In this document: positions 35,810-40,719 of the stretch, piece after piece
Position numbering within the stretch: position 1 is the stretch's first letter
Layout of the letters: each line of letters opens with the position of its first letter
Source: an uncultured Eubacteriales bacterium
GTDB lineage: Bacteria > Bacillota > Clostridia > Oscillospirales > Acutalibacteraceae
DNA length: 40,719 nt
Direction: 5' to 3'
Assembly: GCA_900319455.1 (NCBI GenBank)
Contig: ONON01000092.1
Span: forward strand, 1 to 40,719
The notes under the pieces: generated by a model
The model's input: the letters and a program-made list of their open reading frames with translations, nothing else
Database searches by the model: none
What the model was told of the DNA's origin: nothing
Made by a program: the position numbers and the translations under genes

Positions 35810-37231
35810 TTATTCCGCCTGAGCGCTCTGTGCTTCGGGAGAAACAATGTTGTTTATCCAGATTTCTTTTTTGACAAGCACGGTGCCGATTACGCATTTG
35901 AGCCAGTCCGCCATCTGAAGAAAAACAAAAATCCATATTACATAAAGCCCGGTGTAACGGCTGAGAACAAACGCGAGCGGAACGCTGACAACCCACATAA
36001 ACACGCTGTCAAAAAGGAAGGTTATAAAGGTTTTTCCGCCCGAACGCAGGGTGAAATAGGTTGCGTGCAGCAGACCTATCTGCGGGGTGAACACCGCCTG
36101 AGCCATAAGAAAATGCGTGGCTATGCGCCTTGCCTCGTCATTTGTGTTGTATATCTTCGGGAAAAGGGGAGATGTCGCGAACATAACAACCCCCACACAG
36201 GCAGCGATAAACACGGTGAACGCGATGATTTTTGTCGCCTCATCCTTCGCTTTTTTCAGGCGCCCCGCCCCGAGGCTGTGCCCTACAATAATCGCTATGG
36301 CGTCGCCCATAGCGAAAAACACCACATTGAAAACATTGCTTACGGTGCCTGAGATATTATTGCCCGCCACAACATTGAGCCCCCTTACGGAGTAGCACTG
36401 CGCGAGCATCGCCATGCCCGCCGACCAGAGTGCCTCGTTGACAAGCAGGGGTGAGCCCGTCACAAACAGTTTTTTAGCAAGCGGGCGAGGAACAGCGAGC
36501 GTTTTGTAAACGCCTTTGAGGTAATGGCATTCTTTCCTGTGCGTGTGCGCCCAGATAACAACTATGCCCATTTCGCAAAACCGTGAAAGCACAGTTGCCG
36601 CCGCCGCGCCCTTAACCCCGAGCGCGGGGAAGAAGAAATGGCCGTAGATGAGAAGATAGTTGAACACGAGGTTGACCGCGACAGCCGCGACCCCCGCCCT
36701 CATGGGCACAACCGTTTCTCCGCATTCGCGCAGGGTGTTTGAGTAAATCTGAACAACGGTGAATGCGGGAAGCCCCAAAAGGCTGATTTTCAGGTAATCC
36801 ATAGCGTAGCCGAGCGCCGCCTGAAGGTCTCCGCCGTCACTGCCGCCGTTGAGGTAAAGGCTCACCAGCCTGTTGCCGAAGCCGCAGAACACCGCGACAG
36901 CCGCGGCGAGAATAACGCCCGCGAGCCATATTTTGTAGCGGAATGTGTCGCGAAGCCCCTTGTAATCCTCCGCCCCGTAATACTGCGCGGTGAAAATGCC
37001 CGCCCCGGCAAGGCCGCCGAATATGCAAAGGTAAAACACAAACAGCAGCTGGTTGACTATCGCAACTCCGCTCATCTGCTCCGTGCCTATGCGCCCCACC
37101 ATTATGTTGTCAAGCAGGCTCACAAAATTGGTTATGCCGCTTTGTATCATTATGGGCACGGAAATGCGAAGAACGTTTTTATAAAACTTTTTGTCTCCGA
37201 TATATTTTTTCAAAATTTTTGTTTCGCTCAT
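35810..37231 (-). CDS. MATE-family efflux transporter
   Basis: LDNIMVGRIG, FTAQYYGA, NYLLIYG...LGVKGAAAAT, TLRSGG; about 12 TM segments. Confidence 0.93.
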   Translation of the reverse strand: MSETKILKKYIGDKKFYKNVLRISVPIMIQSGITNFVSLLDNIMVGRIGTEQMSGVAIVNQLLFVFYLCIFGGLAGAGIFTAQYYGAEDYKGLRDTFRYKIWLAGVILAAAVAVFCGFGNRLVSLYLNGGSDGGDLQAALGYAMDYLKISLLGLPAFTVVQIYSNTLRECGETVVPMRAGVAAVAVNLVFNYLLIYGHFFFPALGVKGAAAATVLSRFCEMGIVVIWAHTHRKECHYLKGVYKTLAVPRPLAKKLFVTGSPLLVNEALWSAGMAMLAQCYSVRGLNVVAGNNISGTVSNVFNVVFFAMGDAIAIIVGHSLGAGRLKKAKDEATKIIAFTVFIAACVGVVMFATSPLFPKIYNTNDEARRIATHFLMAQAVFTPQIGLLHATYFTLRSGGKTFITFLFDSVFMWVVSVPLAFVLSRYTGLYVIWIFVFLQMADWLKCVIGTVLVKKEIWINNIVSPEAQSAQAE

Positions 37232-37255
37232 TTTTTACTCTTTTCCTGAAATATA

Positions 37256-38398
37256 TCAATAGAATTCCCACCTTGAAAGCAGGCAGCCGGGAATAACAAC
37301 CGCGGCAAAAAAAGCCCACGAAACAAGAGTGAATGTCTTTATGAATTTTTTGCCCCCGCCGGGGTATTCGCGAACATAAATGCGGTAGTTTATCACCGAG
37401 GCGAGCGAGCCTATAAGCGAGCACAGCCCGGCTGTGTCGGCGCCGTATATCAGCCCCGCGAAGTTTTTTGTGAACGGGTAAAGAACAATGGAAGCGGGCA
37501 CGTTTGAGATAATCTGGCTCAACCCGATTGCCCACCAGTATTCGCGGTTTGCCGCGTGTTCCGAGAGAAAGCCGGCTATGCTTTCGTTGCCCGCAATTGA
37601 GGATGAGAAAATGAAAAAGCACAGAAAGGTTATAATAAGCACATAATCAACGCTCAGAAAAATCCGCCTGTCGGCAATGAGCACGGCGGCGGCGACAATT
37701 ATCAGTGCCGCCCACCAGAGCTTTGTTCTTGTTATGATAACGAGCATAACAAATAAGAACAGCGCGATATATGTTATTCTGCGCGGCCCGCGTTCTTTTT
37801 CCCAACGGGGGCTTTCGTGAGTGAAAACGATTTGCTCTTTCGGGTTTTTGCGGTAAAGTATCAGCACAAATATCACTAACAGAACCGCGCTCATAACGCA
37901 CAGCGGCGACATGTGAAGAACAAACCGCGCAAAGCTCACGCCTTTTGCCTGACCGTATAAAAAAAGATTCTGCGGTGAGCCGAACGGAGTCAGAAGCGAG
38001 CCTCTTATTGCCGCGATGTTCTCCATTGATATTACGGGCAGAATGTACTTTTCGCGTTCTCCGCTTTTAAAAAGCTGTATTGTCAGCGGCACAAAAATTA
38101 TGAGTGAAACATCGTTTGTCACAAACATTGATGTAAAGAACACCCCGAAAATCAAAAACAGCGACAGCGCCGTTACCGTGCCCGATTTTGAGGCGAGATT
38201 TTCAACCGGGCGCAGAACGTTCTCCTTTTTGAAGCCCTCAAGAACGCACAGCATCATAAACAGAATGCCGAGCGTGCGAAAGTCAATGCCCTCGAAAAAA
38301 TCCGCTTCGGGAGGGGTTATAACAAGCCCTGCCGCCGCCGCAAGAAGAGAGACGGTGAGCATTAAATCCTTTTTTAAAAATGCCGTCAACTTTTTCAT
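37256..38398 (-). CDS. SLC13/ArsB/CitMHS-type anion permease
   Basis: SMFVTNDVSL, GSLLTPFGSPQNL, SQIISNVPA, GSLAS; start moved to ATG 38398. Confidence 0.85.
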   Translation of the reverse strand: MKKLTAFLKKDLMLTVSLLAAAAGLVITPPEADFFEGIDFRTLGILFMMLCVLEGFKKENVLRPVENLASKSGTVTALSLFLIFGVFFTSMFVTNDVSLIIFVPLTIQLFKSGEREKYILPVISMENIAAIRGSLLTPFGSPQNLFLYGQAKGVSFARFVLHMSPLCVMSAVLLVIFVLILYRKNPKEQIVFTHESPRWEKERGPRRITYIALFLFVMLVIITRTKLWWAALIIVAAAVLIADRRIFLSVDYVLIITFLCFFIFSSSIAGNESIAGFLSEHAANREYWWAIGLSQIISNVPASIVLYPFTKNFAGLIYGADTAGLCSLIGSLASVINYRIYVREYPGGGKKFIKTFTLVSWAFFAAVVIPGCLLSRWEFY

Positions 38399-38447
38399 AA
38401 TGAAAAGCACCCGTAAAATTAGATAAATTCGCCGTTTGAGAAAAACC

Positions 38448-39239
38448 TCAGCCGAGGGCAACGTCAAGAATCATCATTGTTACAAAACCGAGTGAAAAAG
38501 CGATTGTTCCCGAATTTGAATGGGAGCCCTCCGCCATTTCGGGTATGAGCTCTTCAATCACAACATAAATCATCGCGCCTGCCGCAAAAGCGAGAAAATA
38601 CGGCAAAACGGGCACAACGAGGGCAGTAGCCCCTATTGTGGCAATCGCGGCTATGGGCTCCACAACGCCCGACAAAAAACCGTAAAGAAAAGTTTTGCCC
38701 TTTGACATACCGCTTGCGAGAAGCGGGGCTGAAACAACGCCGCCCTCCGGGAAGTTCTGAATAGCGATACCGATTGAAAGGGCAAGGGCGGATGTTATGC
38801 TGATTGACGCTTTCCCGGACATCCAGCCCGCGAACACCACGCCTGCCGCCATACCTTCGGGTATGTTGTGAATGGTAACCGCGAGAAAAAGCTTTGCGTT
38901 TTGGCTCATCCCCTGCTTTTTAATGCCTTCATCCTGATTGTTGATATGTGAATGCGGCGTGAGAACATCTATAAGGAGCAAAAACGCTATGCCGGCAAGA
39001 AAGCCTGTTGCCGCGGGAACAAACGACAGCCTGCCTAAGTGCGCCGACTCCTCAAGCGAGGGTTCAAGCAAACTCCAGAATGAAGCCGCTGTCATTACGC
39101 CGCCGGCGAAGCCCGTTAATATTTTGCGAAGCCTTACCGACATTTCATCCTTCATAAAGAAAACAATGCCCGCTCCGAGTGTTGTGCCGATGAGCGGTAT
39201 CATCACCCCTGAAAGCACTTGAATATTCAATTCAACCAT
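38448..39239 (-). CDS. ZIP-family (ZupT/GufA-like) divalent metal transporter
   Basis: HNIPEG, QNFPEG, SGVVEP, AAGAMIYVVIEELIPE. Confidence 0.94.
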   Translation of the reverse strand: MVELNIQVLSGVMIPLIGTTLGAGIVFFMKDEMSVRLRKILTGFAGGVMTAASFWSLLEPSLEESAHLGRLSFVPAATGFLAGIAFLLLIDVLTPHSHINNQDEGIKKQGMSQNAKLFLAVTIHNIPEGMAAGVVFAGWMSGKASISITSALALSIGIAIQNFPEGGVVSAPLLASGMSKGKTFLYGFLSGVVEPIAAIATIGATALVVPVLPYFLAFAAGAMIYVVIEELIPEMAEGSHSNSGTIAFSLGFVTMMILDVALG

Positions 39240-39318
39240 CTCCGTTTAATATACTGTAATTCAATGCCGGCTCCTGCTCACGCCAAAGGTGCATACCGGC
39301 ATCCGTACTTTTACAAAG

Positions 39319-39347
39319 AGTTTATCATTTTATATAATTGATTTCAA
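39319..39347 (-). promoter_or_regulatory. Sigma-A promoter of the ZIP-permease-MATE unit
   Basis: TTGAAA-17 nt-TAAACT with extended -10 TG. Confidence 0.55.
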
Positions 39348-39391
39348 TGTAATATCATACAAATAAAAGCCGGTTTTCAGGCGTGATTTTG

Positions 39392-39429
39392 AAAAAGAAG
39401 AGGAGGCAGCCGCCAAAGCGACTGCCTCC
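39392..39429 (-). terminator. Intrinsic terminator
   Basis: Minus strand GGAGGCAGTCGC-TTTG-GCGGCTGCCTCC-TCTTCTTTTT. Confidence 0.8.
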
Positions 39430-39462
39430 CGCTGTTTGCTTTATGTAATTTTTTGCCCACCG

Positions 39463-40719
39463 TCAATAAACAAGAGTTGCCTTTGACGCGAATGAAGCCG
39501 CCGATGTTGAAGAACCGGAGGGCGACATTGCGTTAAAGCTGCGGTCACCCGACGCGGTTGAGCCGCAGAAGCCTATTGTGCCGTCGCTCAGCGCGCAAAC
39601 GCCCTGAATTTTGTCGGCGTCACTGCCGCCGAGGGTAAGCATGGTCTGCCTTGTGCCGAACGGGCTGAGCGCGCAGACAAAAGCGTCATAATCGCCCGCG
39701 CCCGGCATTGAGGAGAAATCACGGTTGGTGGAGTTGGAATAACCCGCCACAACATAACCCGTGGCAGTGGGAATAATATCGGTTATGAAATCGGCGTAAA
39801 AGCCCTGAAGCACCGTCAGCCATTTGACCGAGCCGCCGCTGCCGAAGGCAACCACCGCGCCGTCCGCCGTGCCCGCGTTGCCGGCGTTGTAAACCTGGCT
39901 GAATGTGCCGAGGCAGCCGAGGTTGTTCTCATTTGTGGGAGCCGCCGCGGAAAAATAGCCCGCCGCGACGCATCCGCCTTCGTTATCCGCGATGATTGAC
40001 GGCATATAAGCCCTTGCGGAGGAGCACACCGTCTGCTGCCACTGATAATCGCCGCCCTGCGAGTATTTGACAATAAGAGTTTTCTCGCCGCCTATATCGC
40101 TGTTGGGGATTGAGGCGAAATCATAATCGGGGTATTTCACGTCAATGCTTGCGAACACATCGCCGTTTTTCGCAACATCAAGGCCCTCAACGCAAACATA
40201 TTTGGAGCTTGACATTGATTTTGCCCATGCTATTGAGGAAGCGTTGTTGTCGGCGAATTTTATAAGCACCGCGGAGGTCTGTTCCGCCCTTGAAATGTTT
40301 GAAACCGAAGCGAAATCGCCGTTTACCGATTTAACCGAGCCGCCGGCCACAAATCCGCCGCCCGGGCACGCGGCAACACTGTAGAACAAATCGCTCTTTG
40401 TTCCGCCGAGAACCTTCGCCCACTCAAATTTGCCTTTGGGTGAATACTTGACCATAAGGCAGTCGCCCATCCCTTTTTCGCCGGAATCGGCAAAATACTC
40501 GCCCTTGAAATTTGAAATATCATCATCGAATGTTGTGCCTACCGCTATAACGGAGCCGTCGGAGAGCACGGCAACATCCTCAAACTGTATGCTCTCTTTG
40601 CCCGAAATCGTGTCGCTCCACTGCTGTTTGCCGTTCGAGCTGAACTTTACAATGGAGGCTGTTGATGAATTGCCGCTGACAGATGAGCCCGCAAGAACCA
40701 TTCCGCCGTCATCGCAGGC
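39463..40719 (-). CDS. Beta-propeller repeat protein, probably extracellular; C-terminal part, start lies beyond the window
   Basis: Frame is open to 40719. About 60-65-aa repeats of the type vKys..G...W....gG...D.f..va...dGg.va.G...S...dF; Ser/Gly/Ala-rich. Confidence 0.75.
   Translation of the reverse strand, partial: ACDDGGMVLAGSSVSGNSSTASIVKFSSNGKQQWSDTISGKESIQFEDVAVLSDGSVIAVGTTFDDDISNFKGEYFADSGEKGMGDCLMVKYSPKGKFEWAKVLGGTKSDLFYSVAACPGGGFVAGGSVKSVNGDFASVSNISRAEQTSAVLIKFADNNASSIAWAKSMSSSKYVCVEGLDVAKNGDVFASIDVKYPDYDFASIPNSDIGGEKTLIVKYSQGGDYQWQQTVCSSARAYMPSIIADNEGGCVAAGYFSAAAPTNENNLGCLGTFSQVYNAGNAGTADGAVVAFGSGGSVKWLTVLQGFYADFITDIIPTATGYVVAGYSNSTNRDFSSMPGAGDYDAFVCALSPFGTRQTMLTLGGSDADKIQGVCALSDGTIGFCGSTASGDRSFNAMSPSGSSTSAASFASKATLVY

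Noticed and set aside
1-40719. tRNA, rRNA, IS elements, integrases and prophage genes
   Set aside because: None recognisable by eye in any intergenic region or ORF.

Overview
A 40.7 kb stretch of bacterial chromosome, most likely from a Clostridia (Oscillospiraceae/Ruminococcaceae-like) organism. This is inferred from gene content, sigma-A promoters and GGAGG-type RBSs and is not proven. Core genes: mfd, pnp, rpsO, argG, argH, trpS and mmsA/iolA. Also present are an MBOAT+DHHW acyltransferase pair, a TetR-MMPL locus, several transporters (MFS/GPH, MATE, SLC13/ArsB-like, ZIP) and a plus-strand block of hydrolases, lipoproteins and redox enzymes. I found no rRNA, tRNA, CRISPR array, integrase or transposase. 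Most notable observations: (1) a Gfo/Idh/MocA - TIM-barrel - TIM-barrel - Gfo/Idh/MocA cluster with the composition of 3-keto (oxidation/elimination/hydration/reduction) glycoside-cleavage pathways; (2) a 1249-aa MMPL ORF with its own internal RBS, ATG and lipoprotein signal peptide, controlled by two TetR-type operators; (3) a 1.6 kb islet (higBA plus an R2K-type ATP-grasp gene) bracketed by an exact 12-bp direct repeat, with an apparently leaderless higB; (4) an AT-rich zinc-ribbon/TPR/CFI-box-CTERM gene islet; (5) structured 5' leaders of rpsO and pnp. All family calls come from motif recognition by eye; no database searches were run.
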